A stretch of 64,000 nt of DNA from NCBI GenBank assembly GCA_977020255.1, contig CDROCS010002027.1, positions 124,001 to 188,000 of the forward strand, read 5' to 3'. Source of the DNA: Obrimoposthia wandeli (taxonomy: Eukaryota). A model generated the notes under the pieces. That model was given only the letters and a program-made list of their open reading frames with translations. It had not been told where the DNA came from and searched no databases. Of the stretch, positions 18,238 to 29,729 are shown in pieces. The number at the start of each line of letters is the position of its first letter. Positions within the stretch are counted from its first letter, which is position 1. The translations under genes and the position numbers were made by a program.

Positions 18238-19839
18238 ATGTTTGTTTTCGAAAAACTAAAACAAGCTTACTTAATTGTATCCGTTAAAGATTATTCATTA
18301 ATTAGTATCAATGATAGCGCCCAAAAACTACTGCACCTCAAGCAAGCAAGCATCGATAATTATCAATGGCTCAATATAGTTCAACCCGCCATTGAGAGCG
18401 CTAGATATTCAGATCAGCAAATTTTACTTTTTAATGGTCACTCTTACTGTTTAAGCTGCTCTGAATTCGACGATCAACAACAAACATTCCTCGCCATTCA
18501 TCTAGAATTGATCAAAGAATCATTAAACAATCCTGACTATTTCTATAGTTTGTTGGATACCTTAGGCACCTACGTTTACTGTAAAGATAAAAATTACAAT
18601 TATACTTACGCAAATCAATTAGTCTGCGAACTCTTTGATAAATCAGCGACTGAAATTATTGGTAATAACGATTGCGATTTTTTTGGCGTAGAAACCGGTA
18701 AAATTTTACAACAAGAACACGATCGATTAGTTATAGAAGAAGGAAAGGAATTAAAACAAGAAGAATGTAACTATCTTCCACATATAGATGAATACCGCTA
18801 TTACTTATCTGTCAAAAAACCACTATTTAATGAGTTCGGTCAACCAGATGGTTTGTTCGGTGTTTCTATGGACATTAGTGAGCAAAAAAAGCTGCAAAAG
18901 AAAAACTTTGAAAATGAGCAGAAGCTATCTTCTATATTAGATAATGCTGGTGCCTACATTTATATCAAAGATAGAGAATGTCGTTTTATCTATGTAAATA
19001 AGCGTACACAAGAATTGCTACAGCTTGAAAACTCAGAAATTATAGGCAAAAATAATTATGAGTTACTAGGAGAAAAACAAGGCGAGGAGTATACGCGCAC
19101 TGATCAACATGTCTTTGCCACAGCTGAAAAGCTTGCCTGTATTGAAACTTTTATCTCGCTTAACTCAACTTTATATTTTTGGTCAGTAAAAATTCCTCTA
19201 TTTGACGAAAATGGAAGGTTAAATAGCTATATAGGTATATCTACTGATATTACTGAACAAAAGGAACTTGAAAACAATTTAGTCACTGCCAACACTGACT
19301 TAAACGCAAAAATTGCTGAAATAACCGCGCTAAAAGATGAACTTCAAAAAGAAGCTTCTTATGACTCATTAACAAACCTGCATAATCGACGTTATTTTGA
19401 GCAAATGATTAAGCAAATGCTCGCTCAAAGAAACGCAGCACCACTGGTTTTATTAATGCTTGATGTAGATAAATTTAAAAATGTGAATGACCAATTTGGC
19501 CACCCTATTGGTGATGAAGTGCTTAAGTTTCTCGCGGAAGTAATGTCCAGCGAATGTAGAACTGGAGATTTAGTTTGTCGCTACGGAGGTGAAGAGTTTT
19601 TAATTGCCTTACCTAACACAAGCGTTGAAAACGGTTTTATCAAATCAGAATGGATTAGACAGCAATTTCATACTAAATCAGCTATAAAATTCCCTGACTT
19701 ACCTACTCTTTCTGTATCGATAGGCGTGGCTGAATTCAACGAGGAAAATGTAAGTTTTAACCAATTGTACCAACAAGCTGATAAAGCGATGTACCAAGCA
19801 AAAGAGCAAGGTCGAAACTGCAGTGTGGTTGCAAAATAA
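18238..19839 (+). CDS. PAS-PAS diguanylate cyclase
   Basis: Two PAS/PAC repeats; DSLTNLHNRR, LMLDVDKFK, I-site RTGD, intact RYGGEEF. Confidence 0.92.
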   Translation: MFVFEKLKQAYLIVSVKDYSLISINDSAQKLLHLKQASIDNYQWLNIVQPAIESARYSDQQILLFNGHSYCLSCSEFDDQQQTFLAIHLELIKESLNNPDYFYSLLDTLGTYVYCKDKNYNYTYANQLVCELFDKSATEIIGNNDCDFFGVETGKILQQEHDRLVIEEGKELKQEECNYLPHIDEYRYYLSVKKPLFNEFGQPDGLFGVSMDISEQKKLQKKNFENEQKLSSILDNAGAYIYIKDRECRFIYVNKRTQELLQLENSEIIGKNNYELLGEKQGEEYTRTDQHVFATAEKLACIETFISLNSTLYFWSVKIPLFDENGRLNSYIGISTDITEQKELENNLVTANTDLNAKIAEITALKDELQKEASYDSLTNLHNRRYFEQMIKQMLAQRNAAPLVLLMLDVDKFKNVNDQFGHPIGDEVLKFLAEVMSSECRTGDLVCRYGGEEFLIALPNTSVENGFIKSEWIRQQFHTKSAIKFPDLPTLSVSIGVAEFNEENVSFNQLYQQADKAMYQAKEQGRNCSVVAK

Positions 19840-20033
19840 TCTTATTCAAATGTAGATCAGCTATTTTTCAACTATTAAAGCCTAGACCATAGCTGCTAAT
19901 TTACACTGCAGACATAGATACCGCTAGTATATCAAAAATCTTGATATTAATAAGTTTTTGTATTATAAGAATAAAATTTTTTTATTACTTAAGCATGGTG
20001 TTTAATCACAAGTTATTTTAGGAGTAAAACTCA

Positions 20034-20576
20034 GTGGTAAATGCACTTTTTTTTGAGCTAGAAACATCTCTAGGTAACATAGAAATTAAGTTATTCACAG
20101 ATAGAGCACCAAAAACATGCGAAAACTTTATAGCCTACCTAAAAGCTGGATATTATGAAAATACTAGCTTTTTTCGTATCGTTAATAAACATCATGCACA
20201 ACCAGGATCCAAAGTTAAGATTGAAGTCGTACAAGGGGGCCCTAAATTCAGCTCTCAAGGCCACGATCCAAAACGTATGCTACAGCCTTTGATTCATGAA
20301 AATACTGATATGAGCGGTTTAAAACACCTCAATGGTAGTGTGTCAATGGGTCGTTTTGCTACCAATCAAAGCTATGGGGGTTTCTTTTTTTGTATTGGAG
20401 ATCAGCCAGAGCTAGATGTAGGGGGACAGCGCTTTAGCGATGGTGAAGGTACCGCTGTTTTTGCGCAATTAACCAAAGGAAACGCTATATTGCAACAGAT
20501 TTTTAGCTGTGCAGAAAACAATGAAATTTTAGAAAATGAAATAGCAATATACCGCATCACAGCACTCAACAAATAA
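20034..20576 (+). CDS. Cyclophilin-type peptidyl-prolyl isomerase (atypical)
   Basis: ETSLGNIEIKLFTDRAPKTCENF, FFRIV, VVQGG, GSVSMGR, FFFCIGDQPELD. Confidence 0.8.
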   Translation: MVNALFFELETSLGNIEIKLFTDRAPKTCENFIAYLKAGYYENTSFFRIVNKHHAQPGSKVKIEVVQGGPKFSSQGHDPKRMLQPLIHENTDMSGLKHLNGSVSMGRFATNQSYGGFFFCIGDQPELDVGGQRFSDGEGTAVFAQLTKGNAILQQIFSCAENNEILENEIAIYRITALNK

Positions 20577-20749
20577 GTACTTGTGTGTATAATAATTGAT
20601 GCTAATTTTCATAGTTGATTATTGTAGCTGATTACTGAAATCTGCGATTTTGAACTATTAAAATATCACAACAACCATGATTAATTCTAACCATGATTGC
20701 AGTATTTATCTAAGCTTTTTACCCTCTAGTCTTTTAGCCTGCTATTTCT

Positions 20750-21493
20750 TTAAAGCATACCAGGGTTTGGCACATCTTGAGAAGCAACGCTTAACGCATC
20801 TTCTAAAGAAATACTACCATTAAATAAAGCGCGCCCAATAACTGCGCCGGCAATATTTGGTAATAGCTGCAAGCGTGAAATATCATCTAAACTTTTTACG
20901 GTGCCACTAGAGATAACAGGGATACGCAATTCACTCGCTATTTCGGTAGTAGTGGCTAGAGTTGCCTCTGGATGACTATTATCATAGTTAATATCCGTAT
21001 AAATTAAGGCACTAATACCCGATTCCTGTAAGCTTCTACCCACTTCAAGTGCAGAGAAAACAGTAGATTCGCGCCAGCCATTTATCATCACTTGGCCATC
21101 TTTTTCATCAATACTCGCCACTATCTTACCTGGATAATGTGTACATACCTCTTGCAGAAAGTGACGATCCATGACCGCTGCTGTCCCAAGTACAATACGA
21201 TAAGCACCTCGTTCAAGCCACCAGGCTGCCGAAGTCATGGTACGTATCCCGCCACTGACCTGTACTGGGACGTCTACTTTATTAATGATGTCACAAATAA
21301 CATCGCCGTTATGCTGGCCTCCTTGTAATACCCCATCTAAATCGACTATATTTAAAATAGTGGCGCCTTGTTCCACAAAATTTAAAGCCGCTTGTAAAGG
21401 GCTAATATCGTAACGCACTGGTTGTTCAAATTGCCCGTAATGCAAATTGACACACTGACCTTCCATTATTTCTATATCGGGAAAAATCATCAT
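20750..21493 (-). CDS. Divergent HisA-like TIM-barrel protein; start likely ATG 21493
   Basis: MMIFPDIEIMEGQCVNL, IVDLDG, QVSGGIR, VLGTAA, GRALFNG; GGAG 7-8 nt upstream. Confidence 0.8.
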   Translation of the reverse strand: MMIFPDIEIMEGQCVNLHYGQFEQPVRYDISPLQAALNFVEQGATILNIVDLDGVLQGGQHNGDVICDIINKVDVPVQVSGGIRTMTSAAWWLERGAYRIVLGTAAVMDRHFLQEVCTHYPGKIVASIDEKDGQVMINGWRESTVFSALEVGRSLQESGISALIYTDINYDNSHPEATLATTTEIASELRIPVISSGTVKSLDDISRLQLLPNIAGAVIGRALFNGSISLEDALSVASQDVPNPGML

Positions 21494-22075
21494 ATCCAAA
21501 ACTCCTTGTGTACTAACACATTGGCACACATCACTAAATTATTACCCCTTTATAACCAAGATTAAAAAAGCCTACAATTACCGCACGCGCAGAAACAAGG
21601 TAAATAATATGCTAGATAGTAGTGATGGATGCTGAATTATAAAAAATTGTACCCCTATAAATAAACATGCCCCACAATGTATTGCAAGCAATAAGCCAAA
21701 AGCTTTCGCTATCAGACACGTACTACGTATAAATGAAACTTATTAATTGAAGGCGTTATCCAGTGTTCAGGCTATTAAGCACTCGCAGATTATCTACATT
21801 GTTTTCGCCATGGCGTAATGGTGTGAGTTAAACTATTGTGTTGTAAGTGAATATATAGCATAGCTGTGTATGCTATATATTAGCAATGAACAGATACCAT
21901 AAATTAACGGATGAGATAGTTCAAAGTATTCGCTATAACCCGTTCCGTTCACGGATCAAGATTCTTCAAAGATGCAACGACCCAAGACCTCAGCATAAAT
22001 CATCCTGAGGTCATGTTATCCACGCTTTGCTGTGGCCGCTTTTTTATCATCTCTCGCTATGTTATTCAGCGACCT

Positions 22076-23320
22076 CTACTCAATATTTTCTACTCTTCTA
22101 ATAGTATCAACAGCAATAATAAACTCTTCATCAGTCGGCACTACGTAAGCTTGTAATGTACTATTTTTGGTTGATATTAAGCGGTATTCGACATCTTTTA
22201 ACCCGGCATCGTTAGCTTGCATATCCAGCTCTAAACCCAGTGCAACTAATGGTTCACAAATACGTTGGCGTATTTCAGCAGAGTTCTCTCCTATTCCCCC
22301 TGTGAAAATAATAGCATCAACTTTACCTGCGGCCTCCACATAGTAAGCGGCAATGTATTTACGTACATTTCGACAAAAAATATCAATCGCTAATTTTGCT
22401 CTTCTATCGTTGTACTCTTTCGCTTCATCAAGTAACTCTCGCATATCAGAGGTTAGCCCTGAGATGCCTAACAGCCCTGAGCGCTTATTGAGCAAACTAT
22501 CGATATCATCAAAACTTAACCCTTCTTTGAGATGCAAATAATGCAAAATAGATGCATCTACATCCCCTGAACGCGTGCCCATTACTAATCCATCTAGTGG
22601 TGTAAAACCCATAGAAGTATCAATAGATTTACCCGCTTGAATAGAACAAGCAGAGCAACCATTACCTAAATGTAGCGAAATTATATTTACTTGCTCACGG
22701 GTGATATCATTGATTTTTCGATGCTTGTAAGCAATATAGCGATGAGAGTTACCATGAAAACCATAACGTCTAATCTTATAGCGTCGATAGTATTGGTAAG
22801 GCAGACCATATAAGTAAGCTTGCTCTGGCAGTGTTGCATGAAATGCAGTATCAAATACCGCAACTTGGGGAATTTTTGCACCTAATAGCGCCGTTGCAGC
22901 TTCAATGCCCTGCAAGTTTGCTGGATTATGCAAAGGCGCTAATTCCATACAGTCTTCGATGCCAGACTTGACTTCTTCATCGATCAGAATAGATTTAGCG
23001 AAACGTTCGCCACCGTGTACAACTCTGTGTCCCACCGCTTCGATATCCGCGTAACTTTGAATACCATTCACTTTTGCTGCAGGAGAAATTAACCAGCGCA
23101 GCACATGATCGATTGCCGCTTGGTGATCTTTTAAAGCGATACTTTGACGAACTTTAGGTTGGCCACTCACATTAAAAGTAAGCTGAGAATAACTACCGAT
23201 ACTTTCAACTAACCCTTTAACTAGATATTGAGCATCACACTCACCGCTGTCAGTTATTATGACATTTATTACTTGAAACTTTAACGAAGAAGAACCACTA
23301 TTCAATACCAATATTTTCAT
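22076..23320 (-). CDS. ackA: Acetate kinase; start likely ATG 23320
   Basis: LVLNSGSSSLKF, GHRVVHGG, APLHNP, VFDTAFH, RRYGFHG, HLGNG, SMGFTPLDGLVMGTRSGD, FTGGIGEN. Confidence 0.94.
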   Translation of the reverse strand: MKILVLNSGSSSLKFQVINVIITDSGECDAQYLVKGLVESIGSYSQLTFNVSGQPKVRQSIALKDHQAAIDHVLRWLISPAAKVNGIQSYADIEAVGHRVVHGGERFAKSILIDEEVKSGIEDCMELAPLHNPANLQGIEAATALLGAKIPQVAVFDTAFHATLPEQAYLYGLPYQYYRRYKIRRYGFHGNSHRYIAYKHRKINDITREQVNIISLHLGNGCSACSIQAGKSIDTSMGFTPLDGLVMGTRSGDVDASILHYLHLKEGLSFDDIDSLLNKRSGLLGISGLTSDMRELLDEAKEYNDRRAKLAIDIFCRNVRKYIAAYYVEAAGKVDAIIFTGGIGENSAEIRQRICEPLVALGLELDMQANDAGLKDVEYRLISTKNSTLQAYVVPTDEEFIIAVDTIRRVENIE

Positions 23321-23454
23321 AAATAACCTTGTGAAGCTAAAGTTTGCTTGCAGGTGCATAGTGTAACATTCATCACTAAATTTATTAAAATAAACAACTT
23401 ACTGATGGTAGTTTATTAAATGCCATTTCTAGATTAAGAATTAGATAAAAGTAA

Positions 23455-24717
23455 CTACTGGATCTCACTTAGTGTTGATGCATTGCGCTGTAGCATCGAT
23501 AACACCTCATAACACGCCCCCATTGTGTGATAATCGGTTTTTCCTGCCGGGCTTTTAAGATTATCATATTTAGTATTATCACACTTTAATATACGATACC
23601 AAGCGCCTTTCTGGTGATCTATCATGTGCAACCAGCTGTATTGCCATATTTTGGCATATATTTGCTGATACTTTTCAAGCTCTTGCTGCGTTTGTGCACG
23701 TTCATATAACAATGCGGCCGCTGCAAATGATTCAGCTTGTACCCAAAAGTATTTATCGTCATCGCAAACACTACCATCGGGCGCAAAACCATAATTTATG
23801 CCGCCATGCTCACTATCCCAAGATAAGTCTAGCGCCATATCAAATAAATACTGTGCTTTTGGTAGCAACCAAGATGTAGGGCGGTATCTATCCAATATAA
23901 GCAGTAATTTTGCCCACTCTGTAAAATGACCTGGTTGAAACCCCCAAGGCCTAAACAAGTTTTTAGGATCACCCACATTATAAGTCCAATCGATTTGCCA
24001 ATTGCTAGTGTAGTGCTCCCAAATACGATTATCAGCCAATGCTGCTTGGCGAATACAAATACCCTGAGCCAATTGCATAGCTCGGTCCAAATAACGTGGT
24101 TCTGATGTTGCCTCAAACGCTGCAATCATCCCCTCACAGCTATGCATATTGGCGTTTTGCCCGCGATAATCGCTGAGCTGTAACCAATCAGCACTGCATT
24201 CATCAGCATACAGCTGAGCATTGTGATCCCAAAAATGCTGTTCCATCAATTCATAAGTTTCTGCTATATACACTGTACAGCTATCTACGCCTGCTTTTAA
24301 AGCTGTGCTATAGGCAAGCATTACAAAAGCTAAACCATAGCAGTGATTGGTAGCATCACTGACCACACCTTCCTCTAATTGCCAGGCATACCCCCCTGTT
24401 TGCGGGTTTAAATGCACATTGCGTAAAAAATCTAAACCATGCTGTACCGCTAATAAATACTGCTGCTTTAACTCAACTTGCTCAGTATTTATGGCCGCCA
24501 TTGCATAATTAAAAATGAAGCGAGTACTGCTCACTAAATGACGATTTGTACTATTATAGATACTCCCATCATCGCGAAAGTAATGGAAAAACCCGCCCTT
24601 GTGATCAATACAATGCGGATGATAAAAAGCCATGGTTTTATCGATGTGCTGCTTTAAAAAAGTTGCCTCTAAATAATCATTAATTACTGGTACTGAAGGG
24701 CCCGCGATAACTGGCAT
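23455..24717 (-). CDS. AGE-family epimerase/isomerase (YihS/mannose isomerase-like)
   Basis: HLVSSTRFIFNY, HCYGLAFVMLA, RGQNANMH, PGHFTEW, KYFWVQAES, KTDYH. Confidence 0.9.
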   Translation of the reverse strand: MPVIAGPSVPVINDYLEATFLKQHIDKTMAFYHPHCIDHKGGFFHYFRDDGSIYNSTNRHLVSSTRFIFNYAMAAINTEQVELKQQYLLAVQHGLDFLRNVHLNPQTGGYAWQLEEGVVSDATNHCYGLAFVMLAYSTALKAGVDSCTVYIAETYELMEQHFWDHNAQLYADECSADWLQLSDYRGQNANMHSCEGMIAAFEATSEPRYLDRAMQLAQGICIRQAALADNRIWEHYTSNWQIDWTYNVGDPKNLFRPWGFQPGHFTEWAKLLLILDRYRPTSWLLPKAQYLFDMALDLSWDSEHGGINYGFAPDGSVCDDDKYFWVQAESFAAAALLYERAQTQQELEKYQQIYAKIWQYSWLHMIDHQKGAWYRILKCDNTKYDNLKSPAGKTDYHTMGACYEVLSMLQRNASTLSEIQ

Positions 24718-25121
24718 TGATTAACTCCTAAGACGTTATAAATAGATTAGACACTCCTCTAGAAAAGTTTTTCTAAAGCTATCAACATAAACATTATTCA
24801 AACAAAAATACTACTAGAGAGGATATATAATGTTTCAAAAGCACCCCTAATCTTATTTTTAGAAAAGGCTATTTAATTGCTAGTTTAAACGCAGTAGTTG
24901 TATACTTCAATGAAGTTGATTTATTAATGTGAATTCTTATCGCTCACACAAATTTGCTAAAATTTTACTCGTTTCAGTGTTAAACTAGGAAGCTTTATAT
25001 AGCTATCGTTACTGGCTCATTTTTTAATACCCAGAAATTTCAACATAAGCACTGCACTCTGTTATCTTGCTTTTTTGCATTAGGAACACAACGTTTCATT
25101 TTTGTTTTATAGGCCAAATTC

Positions 25122-26948
25122 ATGTTTAATTTTTTTGAAAGCTTAATAACCCCTTTTCCCGATGACACAAAAGAGCAACCGCCCAATAGTTTACTGGCCT
25201 TTTTTCGCCACTATGCAAAAGGTATGGAAAAATATTTAATCCTTATGGCGCTGATGACCACTGGTTTAGCCATCGCTGAAGTATATTTATTTAGCTTTAT
25301 GGGAGATTTGGTTGATTGGTTAAGCACCAAGCCAGATCTGCTCTCATTAAAAGAGCGCAGTGGCCATTTAGTAACGATGGGGTTGTTAGTACTGGTTGGC
25401 ATGCCTATTTTGATGTTTTTACATACCGCTTTAGTTCACCAAACCATTTTGGGGAATTACCCGATGGCGATACGCTGGAGCATGCATCGCTATTTACTTA
25501 AACAAAGTATGGCATTCTATCAAGATGACTTTGCCGGCAGGTTAGCCACAAAAGTAATGCAAACCTCTCTCGCGATTCGCGAAGCATCCACTAAATTGCT
25601 AGATGTGTTCGTCTATATCATCGTTTATTTTACCTCTTTGTTATTCTTAATAGCCCAAGGCGACGCACTTTATTTAATCCCTTTACTGCTCTGGCTGGCT
25701 GTTTTCATTAGCTTGCAAACGCACTTTATTCCTAAGCTCAAGCACATCTCTACCTCCCAAGCGGATGCTAGAGCTGACATGACAGGCTGTGTAGTAGATA
25801 GCTATACCAATATCGCCACCGTTAAATTATTCTCTCACACTCAGCGCGAGGAAGATTACGCGCAGACCAGCATGCAAAAATTTCTTGATACTGTACACCT
25901 GCAAATGCGTTTAGTGACTAAACTTGATTTCTTGGTTGAATACAATAATCTTATTTTAATTTTCAACATCTGTGGCATGTCTATTTTCTTATGGTTACAA
26001 GGCAGCGTAAGTGCTGGTGCAATCGCTATTGCTGTTAGCTTATCACTGCGCTTAAACGGCATGTCGCAATGGGTGATGTGGGAGCTAAGTTCACTGTTTG
26101 AAAACATAGGTACGGTTATTGATGGGATGAGCAGTTTATCAAAGCCACTATCCGTTGAAGATAAGCCGCAGGCGAAGCCTTTAATTGTGAGCCGTGGCAA
26201 GATTGAATTCAACCAAGTTAACTTCAATTTTGGCAAGCAACTACCTTTAATCGAAGATTTAAACATCACTATTAAAGCCGGTGAAAAAGTAGGTTTAGTG
26301 GGTCGCTCTGGGGCCGGAAAATCCACTTTAATTAATCTTTTGATGCGTTTTTACGATATTCAATCAGGTTGTATATCAATAGATGGAGTCGATATTAAAT
26401 CCATTACCCAAGAGAGCTTGCGCTCTAACATAGGCATGGTTACCCAGGATACTTCTTTGCTACACCGTAGTGTAAAAGATAATATTATTTATGGACGTCC
26501 CGATGCTAGCGAAGCACAAATGCATCAAGCTTGTATGCAAGCGCAAGCGCATGAATTTATCTTGGCGCTCAATGATCCTAATGGCGGGTCTGGTTATCAA
26601 GCACAAGTTGGTGAACGAGGAGTTAAACTCTCTGGTGGTCAGCGCCAGCGTATAGCGATTGCCAGAGTTTTATTAAAAGATGCCCCTATTTTATTATTAG
26701 ATGAAGCAACTTCAGCGCTAGACTCAGAAGTAGAAGCTGCGATTCAGCAACATTTAGCACTATTGATGCAAAACAAAACGGTGATTGCGATCGCCCACCG
26801 GCTCTCCACTATTGCTGCGATGGATCGCTTAATTGTTATAGATCAAGGTAAAATTATTGAGCAAGGCAGCCATAGTGACCTTTTAGCCTACAATGGTGTA
26901 TATGCACAACTTTGGGCGCATCAAAGTGGTGATTTCTTAGGTGAATAA
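25122..26948 (+). CDS. ABC exporter, fused permease/ATPase (MdlB-like)
   Basis: N-terminal TM domain; GRSGAGKST, LSGGQRQR, LLLDEATSALD, IAHRLST. Confidence 0.92.
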   Translation: MFNFFESLITPFPDDTKEQPPNSLLAFFRHYAKGMEKYLILMALMTTGLAIAEVYLFSFMGDLVDWLSTKPDLLSLKERSGHLVTMGLLVLVGMPILMFLHTALVHQTILGNYPMAIRWSMHRYLLKQSMAFYQDDFAGRLATKVMQTSLAIREASTKLLDVFVYIIVYFTSLLFLIAQGDALYLIPLLLWLAVFISLQTHFIPKLKHISTSQADARADMTGCVVDSYTNIATVKLFSHTQREEDYAQTSMQKFLDTVHLQMRLVTKLDFLVEYNNLILIFNICGMSIFLWLQGSVSAGAIAIAVSLSLRLNGMSQWVMWELSSLFENIGTVIDGMSSLSKPLSVEDKPQAKPLIVSRGKIEFNQVNFNFGKQLPLIEDLNITIKAGEKVGLVGRSGAGKSTLINLLMRFYDIQSGCISIDGVDIKSITQESLRSNIGMVTQDTSLLHRSVKDNIIYGRPDASEAQMHQACMQAQAHEFILALNDPNGGSGYQAQVGERGVKLSGGQRQRIAIARVLLKDAPILLLDEATSALDSEVEAAIQQHLALLMQNKTVIAIAHRLSTIAAMDRLIVIDQGKIIEQGSHSDLLAYNGVYAQLWAHQSGDFLGE

Positions 26949-26979
26949 CAACAGTTCATGTATTTCCAAGCATAGGGTG

Positions 26980-27960
26980 CTAGCCATTTAGCTCTACTTG
27001 TTTGCGCTCTTCTCGTGGGTTTATATGGTAGAAGTTTTTATAAGCGGTGCTAAAATAAGATGCACTGGAAAACCCACAACACAAACCTATTTGTAAGATG
27101 GTTTTATCGCTTTGACGCAGCAATTTTCGCGCATGTGTTAAGCGTAATTCAATATAGTACTTCGCCGGTACGTTGTGTAAATACTTTTTGAAGAGCCGCT
27201 CTAAATGACGCCTTGAAAGCTTCACATGGTGCGCTAAATCATCAGTGCTTAAAGGCTCTTCAATATTCGCCTCCATCAATGTTACCGCTTCAATCAATTT
27301 TGGCTGATTGGCGCTAATACGCGATTTAATCGGAATACGTTGTTGATCATCCGTGCCTCGAATACGCTCGCAAACAAATTGTTCAGAAATAGCCGCCGCT
27401 AAATCCATATTTTGTTGAGCCCCAATTAAAAACAACATCATGTCCATCGACGCCGTTCCCCCACTACAAGTATATCGAGGACCGTCTATTTCAAATAAAC
27501 GATTACTCACCTGTGTTTTAGGAAATTCCTGTTTTAAATTTTCAATATGCCACCAGTGAATAGTCGCACGATAATTATCTAACAAACCTGCCACGGCTAA
27601 AATATAAGACCCAGTACCGATGCCACCTATTTTCATAGAGCTAGTACTTTGCCTCTTTAGCCAATCAATTACTGCTTCATTCCCCGTGCGCGCAATTGGG
27701 CTAGCACCGCACACAAAAACCGCATCTAGGTAAGGCAAATCTTTTAGGCTGTGATCGACTTGAATGGGCACGCCGCTACTACTCGTTACAGGCTTGCCAT
27801 CATGAGAGATTAATGCGGTTGAGTAACAACTTTGTTCACTGATCCAGTTCGCCATTCGCAGCGGTTCGATTGCCGAGGAAAAAGCAATTAATGAAAAGTT
27901 AGGCAATAGCAGAAAACCGTAGCGTAGTTCTTTATTAGTCATATTTTCTATTTGTTTCAT
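26980..27960 (-). CDS. argR: GlxA/AraC-family regulator, probable Pseudomonas-type ArgR
   Basis: N-terminal DJ-1-like FSLIAFSSAIEPLRMAN; C-terminal double HTH (LSRRHLERLF, CGFSSASYFS); divergent from the ast operon. Confidence 0.75.
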   Translation of the reverse strand: MKQIENMTNKELRYGFLLLPNFSLIAFSSAIEPLRMANWISEQSCYSTALISHDGKPVTSSSGVPIQVDHSLKDLPYLDAVFVCGASPIARTGNEAVIDWLKRQSTSSMKIGGIGTGSYILAVAGLLDNYRATIHWWHIENLKQEFPKTQVSNRLFEIDGPRYTCSGGTASMDMMLFLIGAQQNMDLAAAISEQFVCERIRGTDDQQRIPIKSRISANQPKLIEAVTLMEANIEEPLSTDDLAHHVKLSRRHLERLFKKYLHNVPAKYYIELRLTHARKLLRQSDKTILQIGLCCGFSSASYFSTAYKNFYHINPREERKQVELNG

Positions 27961-28070
27961 AGAGAAACTCTAATTTTGCAACATATTTTAAATTAACGAC
28001 ATGATATTAATAGTATTACGTGTAATATTTTAAACTAATTTCAGTTAAATGACATTTTTTACCAAGTAAA

Positions 28071-28179
28071 TGTCGCTGTAGCGAAACTAGTGCTCTAGCT
28101 TTCGCGCTTTGGTAAGCTCATAATTAACGTATCGAAATTGAGTTTTAGCCCTTTTGCGAAATTTAGCCCTTTTGCAAAA
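28071..28179 (+). promoter_or_regulatory. Candidate AraC/ArgR binding region
   Basis: TGTCGC-N8-AA at 28071-28086; 18-bp tandem repeat TTTAGCCCTTTTGCGAAA / TTTAGCCCTTTTGCAAAA at 28144-28179. Confidence 0.5.
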
Positions 28180-28237
28180 AGAGGAATGGCGACAATAAAG
28201 TAAATATAGTTTTCTAGATATTAACCAAGATAGATAA

Positions 28238-29494
<1,257 letters not shown>

Positions 29495-29591
29495 TAAGGC
29501 TCTTAAATCATTAGTGTCTATTGGAGACTAATGACTTATATTAAAAGCATTTTTACAGCTAGTTTTTTACAATATTTATTTAAAACCAGTT

Positions 29592-29623
29592 AGGGCGCTT
29601 ATTTTGCTAAGGTGCCCTTTTTT
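29592..29623 (+). terminator. Probable intrinsic terminator after astC
   Basis: Stem AGGGCGCTTA / TAAGGTGCCCT followed by a T-run. Confidence 0.65.
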
Positions 29624-29729
29624 ATATCTACTCTTAAAAAGAGAAGATACTGCATTAAACGAACTTATTTAAAGCTAAATTTCACCGCTAAACAGCCCTA
29701 TTTAAGTTCAAGGTAGCGAGGACAGTAAA

